Below are positions 39,436 through 52,621 of a stretch of 64,000 nt of DNA, in pieces. Position 1 is the first letter of the stretch. Each line of letters opens with the position of its first letter. The translations under genes and the position numbers were made by a program. The notes below the pieces were generated by a model. That model ran no database searches. It was not told the origin of the DNA and saw only the letters and a program-made list of their open reading frames with translations. The DNA lies in assembly GCF_036321535.1 (NCBI RefSeq), contig NC_087436.1:8742001-8806000 (forward strand), given 5' to 3'. The DNA comes from Camelus dromedarius. Its lineage: Eukaryota.

Positions 39436-40389
39436 AAGAAAAACAGAATATTTGCAACAGTCCTCGGCCCCATTTTTTAGACATGTGGGCTCAGAAAAAC
39501 GCGACAAGTAATAGCGAACCAATCTGGACAGTTTCTAAGGTCCACATTCTTTCAAGTTTTGTTTTCATTATTAACTGCTACTACTGATAACACAAATTAC
39601 AGAAATAAATCGTTGAAAATATAGAGAAAGGATGTTATAATTATATGAGTCAAGTCGAATCCACAGAAGGGGGTCTATCACTACAACTGATCAACAGAAA
39701 GGAGAGTGCGCATTTATCAGAGTTACGGATACATTTTCCAAATGAGCTGCAAACCCAGTGGAGGGGGAGAAAATTTCGGAGTGAAGAAAAGTGAGAAATG
39801 GGAAAATACCAATCCGGGCTGAGATTTAATTTAGATAAATGTAAGGTAATACCCAGAACGAATTCTGAAAGAAAGAAACACATTGATGTGGGCTGGTTAG
39901 AGACCAAACAATGTTTGGAGATTAACTGTATGTTGTTATGGGAGAGAATTTTGCTACATGACAGTGAAGCAAAACTAAATAAAAGATGAGTTATAGTATG
40001 GGAAGGGTATTACTACCCTTTGATCCATTTGCAGCAAACAATAAATGTTTAAAACAATAATAATTTTAATAACTAAATTTTTTGAACCCTAAGTATGTGC
40101 TAGACATTGTACTAAATTCTTTATCTTAGTCTTGGAAACCCCAATTAATATTGAAGCAAGTATTGTTATTATCCTGAGGTTGTAGGTGGGGTATGAGATC
40201 TTAGGAAGGTTAAATAATTATTCAGAGTTGTAGAGTTATGAGCAGTGGAGCAAAGATGATATAAAATTTGAACACTTACAGCATAAAATTTAAAGAAGAG
40301 AAAATTAAAAGCAGTATGCCAAAACACTGAATAATAATATATAGAAATTAAGGTTTCAGTAAAACACAATTTTCACAATTATTTGTAAC

Positions 40390-40630
40390 ATACATTTAAG
40401 TACTTACGAGGTGCTACACTATTTCCCATGCTTTATTAGGTTTTATTAATTTAACCCTCCAAAGTCATGTGAGGTAGAATTATTCCATTTCAAAGTTAGA
40501 AACACGGGGAGAGGGAACAATTGTGTAACTTTCCTAAGGACATCCGACGGTGAAGCGGTTGAGCTGGGACTGGAATGTAGCACTCCACACCGCCAGCTCC
40601 AGGAGTGAGGGCTCGTTAGCACCATGCTAC
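40390..40630 (-). mobile_element. MIR SINE
   Basis: gtgaggtagaattattccattt...aactttcctaaggaca...gagctgggactggaa. A second MIR-like piece lies at about 40070-40270. Confidence 0.6.
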
Positions 40631-42617
40631 ACCAGTTCTAGCACTGGGAAGAGAGGTGAGTACACAGGAGAATGTAAGTGCTGAGATAATTAAACGCAAA
40701 AAAAAAAAAAAAATGGGGATTATTGAAAAAGTATTGTGCCTCACACAGAGTATAAGTATAAATATTTATTAAATACATAGAAAATTACCTAAGTGAATTA
40801 GAAAGCTTTGGAATAAACAATAGCTCACTGAGAAAATAAAAATAATAAATCATCGTGATCTGTGCCTTCCTTCATAGACAATATTTAATGCACACATTCA
40901 ATATGCTGGAGAGTATGTATGTGTTAATTATATTTTTGAAACAGACAGAGGCAGTCCTGTCCTCAGAGAATTTAAAATTCAAGAAAACATGAAAAAATAT
41001 TACATACCAAGGCTCAAGTATTTACACTTTTGTTCCTAATTGTATTCATCCAATTAGTTTTGAAACAAAATGCAATAATGTCAGATAAAGTTAAATCCAC
41101 TATTATAGCAAGGATAATAAAAAGATGAAATTTTAACCTCAAAACTTTACATCAGTATGTTTTTATGTAAGAAGGAAATATCAGGTTAAAAATGAATGTA
41201 ATCCAGATTTCAGTTTAGGTACCTAGAGCTTTGAGATTCAAATTAAACTGATGTGAACATGGTTTTAGATGCAATGCTATGTATTTTTCATATCATATTC
41301 CAAGCTCTGAATGTACTTAATTAGATCAGTCTGAACCACTCACCCATATTGTGTGTGTTGTGTCCCAATTCTAAGCTGTTTTTTGCCCCTTCCAAGACAC
41401 ATTTTCTCATTCCTTCAACACTTCCATCTTCTTTTCAGCTTTTGTTTGCTAACTTTTACAGGAAGACTCATTATTTAATCTGCTTAATGAAGGACTACTT
41501 TAAATCTTTCACTTCTCTGCCTTTATTTGTTTTGTTTTCATCTTTCTCTCTCCACCGTCTTCATTTGGGAGGATAAGGGTTTCGTACAGACATTCATATC
41601 CTAAGTGATATGACTTACGCCACCTTTCTTAGAGATTAGAGTTTGTTTTTATTTCAAATGTTTTATTTTTTATTTCTATTAAATAAGGAAAACATGTAGA
41701 GAAGGAATTATAATGAAGTGTATATTTCCAAACATATCTCTGAATTTCTGAGTTTTCCCTGGAAGAAAATGCCTGAAAATGCAAGTATCTTGTCAAACAA
41801 GACATTTACAAAAGATCAAGCAAAAATTTTAGGTAACATACTAACAGTGGTAGTATGAAGACTTGAAAAATGAAAGGCACTGAAAGATTAAAAACAGCAA
41901 GATTCAAAATAATTCCATGTTTTCTAATATATCCTGTTTGTAAGTTCCTCTGGCATTAAAGAAAAACACATTAAATCACTCGGTGCAGTGAAGTGTAGCA
42001 CTAAAAACAGTAATAGTTTGTGGACGCTGTCCAGAAATCAAACTGAATTACAGAGTCAAAGCAAAGTTTCATTATATGAGAGAGTAACTATGGAAATCAA
42101 TTAATGAAGCAGCTAAATCCAGCCCTGGGTCATATGAGTTAAGTAAAAAAGTCTGCCTTGTGTGATTTGAAAATAATCTTCATTAAAAAGAAATGATTCC
42201 ACTAAGCATGTGTCAGTACTGGTGTTGCCAATGAGCACTTCAGGATACCATCACTTGGTTTTCCGCTTTACAAATGTAAAATCCCCCAAAACAAAAAAAT
42301 CACAGTAAATAAGAGAAATATAAAATCGAATTAGGAAACACACAGCTCCACCACTTAGTCTTATGTCCTTAAGAAAGTTACACAATTGTTCCCTATTCTG
42401 GTGTTTCTAAATTTAAAATGGAGTAAAAATTCTAACTCATGATTTTGGAAGATTAAATCAATGAAACCTAATAAAGCATGGGAAACAATGTAGCACATAG
42501 TAAGTACTTAAATATAATTTTAGGATAAATCCTTAGAATGAGTGAAACAAATTTGGTGACAAATTAAAATTTTTCATTCGTATTTGATATTTGAGCTGTC
42601 AAAATGAATGCCAACTT

Positions 42618-43134
42618 TTGTTTGTGGACATTTTAATGTTGGCCATTCTGACTAGTGTGACGTGTCACCTCATAAATGCTGGAGAGGGTGTGTAGAAAAA
42701 AGGAACCCTCCTATACCGTCAATGGGAATGTAGTTTTGTTCAGCCGTTGTAGACAACAGTATGGAGATTCTTTCAAAACCTGAAAATAGACTTACTATAT
42801 GATCCAGTGACCCCACTCCTGGGTATGTATCCACAGGAAGCTCTAATTCAAAAAGATACATGCACACCGATGTTCATAGTAGCAATCTACAATAGCCAAG
42901 ACATGGAAACAGCCTAAATGTCCATCAGCAGATAACTGGATAAAGAAGTTGTGATATATTTACACAACAGAATATTACTCAGCTATAAAAAATAATAAAA
43001 TAATGCATTTGCAGCAACATGGATGGACTTGAACATTTTCATACTAAGTGAAGTAAACCAGAATGAGAAAGAAAAATACCATTTCTATCACTGTATATGT
43101 GGACTCTTAAAAACGACACAAGTGAGCTTATTTA
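42618..43134 (+). mobile_element. L1 3' fragment with 5' inversion (twin priming), lacking its 3' tail
   Basis: About 42618-42673 is the reverse complement of the L1 segment immediately upstream of ataaatgctggagaggg. The forward part stops at gagcttattta. Confidence 0.85.
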
Positions 43135-44725
43135 TTCTCCTTCATTTCTGGAATGATAATTTTTGTCTCTTTCAGAATTCCTTTTTTACAAGGTTTCTTT
43201 TCTTGAGCACTTAGATGTTTCATCCTCTATACTTCAGCCTCTATACTTTCTTATGAGAATCCTCTGCATAAGAGGAGCAACTTCCTTTTTTGCTTTTTGT
43301 TTTTTTAAGATTCCCTCTTTGTCTTTCAACAGTTTGACTATAATGTGTCTCGGTGTAGACGTCTTTGGAGTAAATTCAGCTTTAATTCCATTCAGCTTCT
43401 TGGATATGTAGACTCATATGTTTCATCAAATTTGGGAAGTTTTCAGACATTATAGTTTAAAATACATTTTCTGTTCTCATTCTCTTTCTCTTTTCTTTCT
43501 GTGATTCCTAGAATTCCTGTTTTGCTATGTCTCTTGGTGCCTTAGGCTGTTACTTTTTCTCTATTCTTTTTGTTTATTTTCTCCAAAGATTGAGGGATTT
43601 CAATTGCCCTATCTTCAAATTTTCTGGTTTTTTTCCTGCTTGCTAAAATCTGCTGTTGAACCCCTGTCATGATTCAACATCAAGTTGTGGACGTTTTTTC
43701 TTTCAGCTACGTTACTTTTCACCTAGACGCTTTGTGTGTTTCTTTTTTTTTTCCTTAATAATTTATATCTCTTATTATTACCTATAAATTGTATCTCTGA
43801 TATTATCTAGTTATTCTTACATCAGTCTCCTGATTTGCATTATTTTGTTAATCCACAGTTTCCTTCAGCAATTTGAGAATATTTAAGACAGTTAATTTAA
43901 AGTCTTCATCTAATGAATCTAATACCTGGACTTCCTCAGAGAAGTTTTCTGACTTTATTTTTCTTCTTATGAAGGGGTTATGTTTTCATGTTTTGTTTAG
44001 GATGTTTTATAAATTTTGTTAAGAATTTGACATTTTTAATATTGTTATGTGTTAACTCTGGAAATCAAGTTATCCTCCCTCATCAGAGACTGATGATGTT
44101 ACTGGTTGAGGGCTGCAAGTTGTCCATTTGCTTAGTGACTTTTGTAAGCTTTTTTTAAATTTTTATTTTTTGCAAAGACTGTATTTTTTGTCATGTGTTA
44201 TCACTGAAATCTTTGTTCTGTTATCTCTGCAGTCATCTAATGACCTTACAGTGATTTCCTTAAATGCCTGGGGCAAATATTAACTTTCTTTTTAAAAAGA
44301 GGTTTTTTTCTTGACATTATTTTTGTAAATGTTACTTGGGAAGCCATCTGAGCCAACCTCTGCAGCAGTTGCCCACCAAACCAACAGGCATATCAACAAT
44401 GCGACCTTGATCTCTAGAGGATAAGGTCCGCATCGTCCACCCAGGCATCAGAAGCCACACCAGGAATGTGTGCTACTACTCTCACAGATGGCTGCCATGT
44501 GTGAATAGGGATGGTAGCTGTTATGTGAAATGCCAAAATTCCTCAAATTTTACCAGTCTCTTTATTCCTCAGGCACTCTCCTGGGTACTCCAATTATTTG
44601 GCTGGAATCCATAGCCCTATAGTTGAACCCCTGACTATTCCTGTAGATATATTTGCTCAATTATTGTTTCAGTGAAGGGACCATTTCCTGGAGCTTCCAA
44701 TTTACCCATCTTCCATGACATACTA
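43130..44725 (-). mobile_element. Old L1M 5'UTR/ORF1 remnant
   Basis: ttctccttcatttctggaatgataat...agtttgactataatgtgtctcggtgtag...tttcatcaaatttgggaagttttcag is ORF1 in reverse orientation. Confidence 0.7.
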
Positions 44726-45934
44726 GAGGCCAGTTTGGAACCAGTAGTGAAAGACAATAAGAAGGTCTAAAAATTGAAATTCACAGCAGTGATCAAAGTT
44801 TGGAGGAGAGTGAGGAGTCAGAGAAAGTGAAGAAGAGCAAGACTAACCTGTTTTAACAGTTCAAAGCAACAAAAAGCAATAAAGAAACATGAAAAAGCAT
44901 GAGGAATAGCAAAATGAACCGGAAACCTGATTTTAAGTTCTGTGCCTGTCCTTAACTAGCTGACCGATATCAACACATTGTTTACTCTCTGAAACTTTTG
45001 TTACTTTATTTTTAGAATAAAGAAATTACAAATTCTGTTATTAGTTTCACAAATAAAATTATGAAGTGTAACTATGTAAAATTGAAACTTTTAAATGTTT
45101 TGAGGTTTTTATTTAAAAATCATCCCCATGATGTATATATAAAAAGGAAGATATTCCTTGTAATTAGTTTATAGAAATATTTTCACTTTTAATATTAAAC
45201 ATTTGTTGGACATTTAATATCTGCTATTCAGTGCCGATCACAAGAAATAAGTCTTTTCGGCTCAAAAACAAGACAAAAGCAGTTTGCTTTCTTCCTCCCC
45301 TAACCTTCACCCCTTGTGTTTTCCAGAAGTGCGCTCTGTTTCCCAAGTAACAGCTTGTGTTGTGGTAACTTGGAATCTGCTGTATGAGTTGCAGTATATT
45401 TTCAGGCATACGTTTACATTATTTAATAGAAAATCTACAAGAAACACATTCATAAATTCACATTTAAGATATACAAAACGACTATCGTCTTGGCCATTTC
45501 TTTTGTGGCTCATAAAATATTGAATTTCTATGGAATACAATTATGTAAATTTATGCTAATTTGTACGTTTATAAGCCTGTGTTTTTATAATGCATATAAC
45601 ATGCTACTAATTATGAAATGATTAAGACAGAAAGATTTCTACTTAAAATGTATGTTTCAGTTACATATTCAATTATAAATTCTATTAGCAATAATGTAAT
45701 TTGGAGCTTCTTGTTTCTTTTTTAAGTTCTACTTCGTTGTTTCCTCAAAACGAATGCTAAAATTCTAAACTAATAAGCTTCATGGAGGCATATTCTTTCT
45801 ATCTGGAAATGAGACTAAATTAAGCTTGTGTTCATTTGGTTTGCCTCTTTAGAATGTAATTTAAAAGCCATTGAATTTTAAAACCACAGAAAGCATCCTT
45901 TAGTCAAGAGACTCTGTCCTAAGTTCAGTGAGCA

Positions 45935-47650
45935 TTACAATGTTGTGTTAGTTTCAAGTGTATAGCATAGTGATACATTTATATATATATGTATATATAT
46001 ATATATATAATATATTTAAGATTCTTATCCATTGTAGATTATAAAATATTAAATACAGTTCCCTATGCTATACAGTAGGTCCTTGTTGTTTATCTCTTTT
46101 ATACACAGAAATGTGTATCTGTTAATCCCATACTTCTAATTTATCCTTCCCTCACCTTCCCCATTGATAACCGTAAGTTTGTTTTCTATGTCTGTGAGTC
46201 TCTTCCTGTTTTGTAAATAAATTCATTTGTATCACTTTTTTTTTTAGATTCCACACACAAGCGATATCATGTGATATTTGTCTTTGTGTGACTTACTTCA
46301 CTTAGTATGATTGATTATCTCTAGGTCCATCCATGTTGCTGAAAATGTCATTATTTCATTCCTTTTTATGGCTGAGTAATGCTCTATTGTATATACATAT
46401 ACACTGTATCTTCTTTATCCATTTATCTGTCAATGAACATTCAGATTGCTTCCATGTTTTGGCTATTACAAATAGTGCTGCTATGAACATTGGGGTGCAT
46501 GTCTCTTTTTGAATTAGGATTTTCATCTTTTCTGGATATATGCCCAGGAGTGGGATTGTAGATCATATGATAACTCTATTTTCAGTTTTTTAAGGAACCT
46601 CCATGCTGTTCTTCATAATGGCTGCACCCATTTACATTCCTACCAACAGTATAAGAGGGTTTCTTTTTCTCCACACCCTTCTTCAGCATTTATTGTTTGT
46701 AGATTTTTTTGATGATGGCTATTCTGACTGGTGTGAATTGATAACTCATTTTGTTTTGATTTTCATTTCTCTAGTAATTGGTTATGTTGAGTATCTTTTC
46801 ATGTGCCTTTTGGCCATCTGTATGTCTCCAACGTATCAAAAAGAATACAATACCTGGAAATAAACCTGACCAAAGAGGCAAAAGCCCTGTACTCTAAAAA
46901 CTGTAAGACTGATGAAAGAGACTGAGAACAACACAAACGGATGTAAAGATACACTGTGTTCTGAGACTGGAAGAACTGATATTGTTAAAATGAACATACT
47001 ACCCAAGGCCATCTACAGATTCAATGCAACCCCTACCAAAATACAAATGACATATTTTACAGAACTAGGAAAAATAATTTTAAAATTTGTTTGGAAACAC
47101 AAAAGAACCCAAATAGCCAAAACAATCTTGAGAAAGTAGAACAGAGCTGGATGAATTATGAGCCCTGATTTCAGACTATACTACAAAGCTACAGTAATGA
47201 GAAAATCATGGTGCTGGCACAAAAACAGACACAGCTCAATAGAACAGGACAGAATGTCCAAAAATAAACCTATGCACTTATGGTCAATTAATCTATGACA
47301 AAGGAGGCAAGAATATACAATGGAGAAAAGATTGTCTGTTCAATAAGTGGTGCTGGGAAAACTGGACAGCTACATGTGAAAGAATGAAATGAGAACATTC
47401 TCTAACACCATATACAAAAATAAACTCCGAATGGATTAAAGACCTAAATGTAAGACCAGATACTATAGGGAGAACACTCTTTGACATAAATCACAGTAAT
47501 ATTTTTTTGGATCCATCTCCTAGAGAAACTAAAACAAAAGCAAAAATAAACAACTGAAACCTAATATAACTTAAAAGCTCTTTCACAGCAAAGGAAACTT
47601 TCCACAAAATGAAAAGACATCCTATAAAATGAGAGAAAATATTTGCAATA
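45935..47650 (-). mobile_element. L1 with 5' inversion: minus-strand 3' part (45935-46828) plus inverted ORF2 segment (46830-47650)
   Basis: Reverse 3'UTR and ORF2 C-terminus run to ggccatctgtatgtctc. Forward ORF2 follows ([16 protein letters not shown]) and ends at gagaaaatatttgcaa. Confidence 0.88.
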
Positions 47651-48678
47651 TTCACATATGAATATTCTGATGCATCAAAACATCAAGGAAGAAAAAAATT
47701 AATACATATTTTAATGAGATAGTATTTGCTATCAGTTATTTTAATCTCTGTTCATATGGATGACAAACATTCCAAGATAACTTAAAATTCACTGGAATTT
47801 ATATTTTGTGTTTTCTTAAGTGTTGTCATAAATGTCACTTACAAAAAAAATTAAATATATATTAAAACATTTTCCCAAATTTCCACAAGTAAAACAGAAG
47901 CTATTTCTACCCCCAAAGAAAACAGAAATATTTTAATATCTGTTTATAAGAATTGAGAAAAACCCAGGAAATCACAGCTTTATCATATACTATAAAATTA
48001 GCACAAGTTTTAGGAAAAACAAGATATGACTTTTACAAACCTATCAGTGCATTTTTATAAATGACTATTCATTCTCACAAATGCTAATGTTCTAAGAAAA
48101 TTCTCCATATTGTCTTACTTATTCAAAATATAAGTTAAAATATTTCATCATAATTTCACATAGTTAAGGGACAATTGATTTGACTTAAAAGAATTCTTAA
48201 GTAATTCATTCAAACACATTATTCAAATTATGTTTGAACACACTGTGTATGAAATCAACTGCTATAAAACAATTCAAAATGGTTTTATTTATGTTTTGAT
48301 GTTGGTTTATGAAATAGTTGTAATGGTTTGTATTAGATTGACATTACACATTCATTACCTACATATAAATATGTTACTATACTTAATCACCATTATATAC
48401 TATTTATAAGATATTGTGGGTTATTTATATCATAGTATATTATGAAACACACTTCCTTAGTACATATTTAAATATGTTTCCAAGAAGGCACAAATAGATC
48501 CTGAAATTGGTGGTACTAGTGGAATCTTGAAAAATTAGCTATGACAGTATCCTATTTAAAATTATTAATGATTTCCCTTGATTTACAAAATGAAATATAG
48601 GCTACTCTATAGCACTGGAATTAATTTATGACACTCAAGATGCAAGTAAATCCACATTAAAATTTAAAAATCATTTTG

Positions 48679-48899
48679 GGAGTTTGAGATTTGCAAATTA
48701 GCCACTATATAAAAAAAAGATTAAAAAAAAGTTTCTTCTGTAGAGCACAGGGAACTATATTCAATATCTTATAATAACTATTAATGAAAAAGAATATGAA
48801 AATGAACATATGCATGTATTATCATGACTGGGACATTGTGCTGTACACCAGAAATTGATGCATTGTGACTGACTATAGTTCAATAAAAAAATTTAAAAA
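48679..48899 (+). mobile_element. 5'-truncated L1 3'-UTR fragment
   Basis: Perfect TSD AAAAATCATTTTG 48666-48678 / 48900-48912, with aataaa and an A-tail. Confidence 0.92.
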
Positions 48900-49374
48900 A
48901 AAATCATTTTGAATCAAATGAAAGCTTCAGTCTTCCTGAAGCTCAGGGGAAGGGCCAGAGGAATAATATGCTTACACAGTAATGTCATGGAGCTTGTTCA
49001 TGGGGACTTTTATTAGGCTTCCATGGGCATAGGAACCTATTAATGACCATTTATCCATGAGTAGCCATGTAGTCATCCCCCCAAAAGAAGTGCCAACCCC
49101 AGGATATCACTTCAGAGAGAACTCAGGATTGTCTACCTTCTGCACTTTATTTCTTATGACATCCTAAAATGAGACAATAAAATCAATAATCAATCAATAA
49201 TTATCAGACTAGCTAACCAATCATAGGTTGATTAACTCCAAAGGTAACAAATAAACACTTTTTCACAGGCTACCCTTGCTGCTGGTTAAAGCAATCACCT
49301 TTTATTGAGTGATTTCTCCTATCATACCATTGATGTCTCTAGATCCACTTTCTTGCTCTGGTTAAAGACATTTT

Positions 49375-50300
49375 GAAATGCAAATCAAAACTATGATGAA
49401 GTATTATCTCAAACAGTCAGAATGGCTATGATCAAAGCAATCTACAAATAATAAATGCTGGAGAGGGTTTGGATAAAAGGAACCCTCCTGCACTGTTGGT
49501 GGGAAAATATATTGGTGTAGCAACTATGGAGAACAGTATGGAGGCTCCTTTGAGTACTTAAAAATAGAGGTACCATATGATCCAGCAGTCCCACTCTCAG
49601 GCATATATCTGGAAAAGGTAAACAACTCTAATTCAAAAGATACACATACTCCAGTTTTCAGAGCAGCACTCTTGACAATAGCCAAGAAGTGGAAGCAAAC
49701 TAAATATCCATCCACAGACAATTGGATAAAAAATACTGGTGTGTGTGTGTGTATATATATACACACATATATATACACATATATATATAATGGGATGCTA
49801 TTCAGCCATAAAAAAGAATGAAACAATGCCATTTGTACCAACATGGATGAACCTACAAATTATCATGCTAAGTGAGTCAAAGAAAGGCAAATACCATATG
49901 ATATCACTTGTACGTGCAATTTAAAAAATGAAGCAAATGAACTTATTTACAAAACAGAAGGTGACTCACAGACATAGAAAACAAGCTTATAGTTACCAAA
50001 AGGGAAACAGGGGCAGGGATAAGTTAGAAGTTTGGGATCAATAGATACACATCACTATATATAAAATAGATAAACAGCAAGAACCTACCATATAGCACAA
50101 GGAACTATATTCAAAATTTTGTAATAACCTAATGGAAAAGAATCTGCAAATGAATATGTGTGCGTATATGTGTGTGTGTGTGTGTGTGTGTGTATATTTT
50201 TTATATATATACAACTGAATCATTGTGCTGTACACCTGAAAATAGCACAACATTGTAAATCAACTATACTTCAAAACATCAGTAAACAAAAATTTTTAAA
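49375..50300 (+). mobile_element. 5'-truncated L1 (ORF2 C-terminus plus 3'UTR) with internal TG/TA microsatellites
   Basis: gaaatgcaaatcaaaac...ccatatgatccagcagtcccactc...caactatacttcaaaa. Confidence 0.9.
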
Positions 50301-50414
50301 AAAGATTATTGACTTAACCAATTGCTAAGTCCCCCATTGCTTTTTGACAGGAACCAAAATAAAGTTGAATTCTGTTTCCTCCAGTCTTTCCTCAGGAAAA
50401 TGCCTGATTCCCAG

Positions 50415-50796
50415 TTATGCTGGATTGAGATGTGTCCTCCCTTCATATGTTGAAGCCCTAAGCCCCAGGACCTCAGAATGTCAGTTTATTTGGAGATAGA
50501 GCTTTTAAAGGGGTAAATACAATAAGTTGAATGAGGCCATTAGGAAGGGCCTGGATCCATTACGATTGGTGTCCTTACAAAAAGTGAGGTGCCAGGGATG
50601 AACCCATAGAGAGTGACAACTGTGTGAGGGCACAGTGAGAGGGAGTTATCTGCAAACAAGGAGAAAAGACCCAGGAAGAACCACACCTGTCAGCACCTTG
50701 ATCTTGGCTTTGTAGCCTCTCAACCTGGGAGAAAATAAAGATCTATTGTTTAAGCCCCCAGGCTGTCACATTTTGCCTCAGTAGCCTGAGCTGCCC
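50415..50796 (+). mobile_element. MaLR LTR (MLT1A-C-like), apparently nested in an older LTR (pieces about 50300-50410 and 50797-50883)
   Basis: tgtgtcctcc...atatgttgaagccctaa...tatttggagatag...caccttgatcttgg...gagaaaataaa...gtttaagcc. The downstream cagcaagtgaataaacctaaatttgtttgact resembles the 3' end of another LTR. Confidence 0.75.
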
Positions 50797-51334
50797 GTGG
50801 TCTCCCTGCTACAGCAAGTGAATAAACCTAAATTTGTTTGACTCCGGGTTTACTCCTGTTGGACTTTTCTGATGGGTTTTATCACCCATTTCCTGAGGGT
50901 CAAAACTACCCTTGAGCTCAGATAACACTGCTTGAAGCAAAAAGCCTTTACTCACCACTGGTTCCCGTTGAGACTTAACTGCCAATGTCTATAAAAAACA
51001 GTGGGTGAATACAGTAGTTTAAGAACAGAAGGTGTATTAGCTTATAATAAATATAAAGAACTCACAGTAAGTGGTCGTGTGGAAATAGGTGAAAATAGTT
51101 TATTTTTATACATAGAGAAGATGTGATCATTATTATTTGTATCATTTATTATTGAATAAGATTAATTTTACTTTAGAAGAAGAAATAAGTTATCATTATT
51201 TTTTAAATGTTTTATTGGAATGGCTTATATCTAAATGCATCACTGACTTATCGAAGCAGATGTAATTAGTGCTAGAAGAATTTGGAAACTAAATGCCCAG
51301 TTGTCAAGCTGATGTTTTTCCCGTGTAAACAACA

Positions 51335-51480
51335 AAGGATGAAGGATGTTGAAGGTAGGGGAGTATGTATGTGTGGGTGGGGAGGGCTCTGTGGGATCTC
51401 TGTATTTTCTGCTCAATTCTGCTGTAAACCTGAAACTGGTCTAAAAAAAATAAAGTCTATTAAAAAAAGAAAAAATAAAG
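51335..51480 (+). mobile_element. L1MC-like 3' end
   Basis: gggatctctgtattttctgctcaattctgctgtaaacctgaaactggtctaaaaaaaataaagtctatt plus an A-tail. Confidence 0.75.
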
Positions 51481-51580
51481 GAAAATTACAAGGAGATGTT
51501 ACCGGGTATCTGCTAATACAGGGTGTCTCTTCTGCTTATATTCTTCTAATGTATGAATCATTTCAAATAATTATTTTTTA

Positions 51581-51720
51581 GGGGGGAGGGTATAGCTCAG
51601 TGGTAGAGCGCATGCTTAGCAAGCATAAGGTCCTGGGTTCAATCCCCAGTACTTCCACTAAATAAGTAAATAAATAAGCAAACAAACCTAATTACCTCCT
51701 CCCCAGATAAATAAATAAGT
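51581..51720 (+). mobile_element. tRNA-derived SINE, camelid Vic-1 type
   Basis: GGGGAGGGTATAGCTCAGTGGTAGAGCGCATGCTTAGC...GGTCCTGGGTTCAATCCCCAGTAC, with A box at 51593-51603 and B box at 51636-51646, followed by (taaa)n-acctaattacctcc-(taaa)n. Confidence 0.88.
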
Positions 51721-52621
51721 TGTACAAACAATTAAAAAATGATATTTATATATTAAGTATGATTTATAAATATTTTTGCTTTCTTAACAAAAGTGATTTT
51801 TAAAGTTAAAGCAAGAAAATGTACACCCACAGTTATCATTAGCTAAAAGAGATAAATCTGAGTGAACTAGCTTGTTTACAGTGTTACAGCATCACCCAGC
51901 TAACTAGGACAAACTCTCACAGAAAAGGGACATAAACTAATTTTAAAATATTTACGCACAAGGTCATTAATTCTTAAATTAACATTGCTTTTATACAGAT
52001 TGTAATTAGTGCTGTAATATAAATGATGATACCTTAGTTAGGAGATATATGAGTTGGAAAGGAGAAAATATGATAAAAGTTTAAAAATCATACATCATTC
52101 AGTATGCCTCAAATGTCATAATGGCATAAAAAATTCCAAAGCATAAAGATTGACGTATGTATTACATATAATCCTTTTATATAAATTAACACAGATTATT
52201 AATGAAAATAAAATCATTTAATAGGTGTATTCCAAAATTTACTTCAAAGTTTCCTCACGAAAATCTTATTTCAAAATCATTCTGCCAAAATAGTGATATA
52301 TGAAAAAATTAATTTGCTAATGCATTTTGTTCTGATTTTATAAATTTAATTTTATAACATAATGGAAAACAAGCATTACTAATCATCCTTTAATGGTGAA
52401 GTAAAATCAGAGAATGCATTCCATCGCACAAATAGAGTAGATTAAAAAACTCTTTGACAGAATTTGGTCTCTAGACAAGGCCTTTGTTTCACTGATACTT
52501 GGGATCTAAACATGGTAACACTGAAACAGAGAGCTGTAACAAGAGGAACAAAACTTCAGAAACTAAGAGATATGTACATCCCCACACAAATGTTTGTTTC
52601 CTATCTCCTTCATTAAAATTC

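Noticed and set aside
51583..51656. tRNA-Ala-like gene
   Set aside because: The anticodon arm is degenerate and it is followed by the SINE-specific tail, so it is a Vic-1-type SINE.
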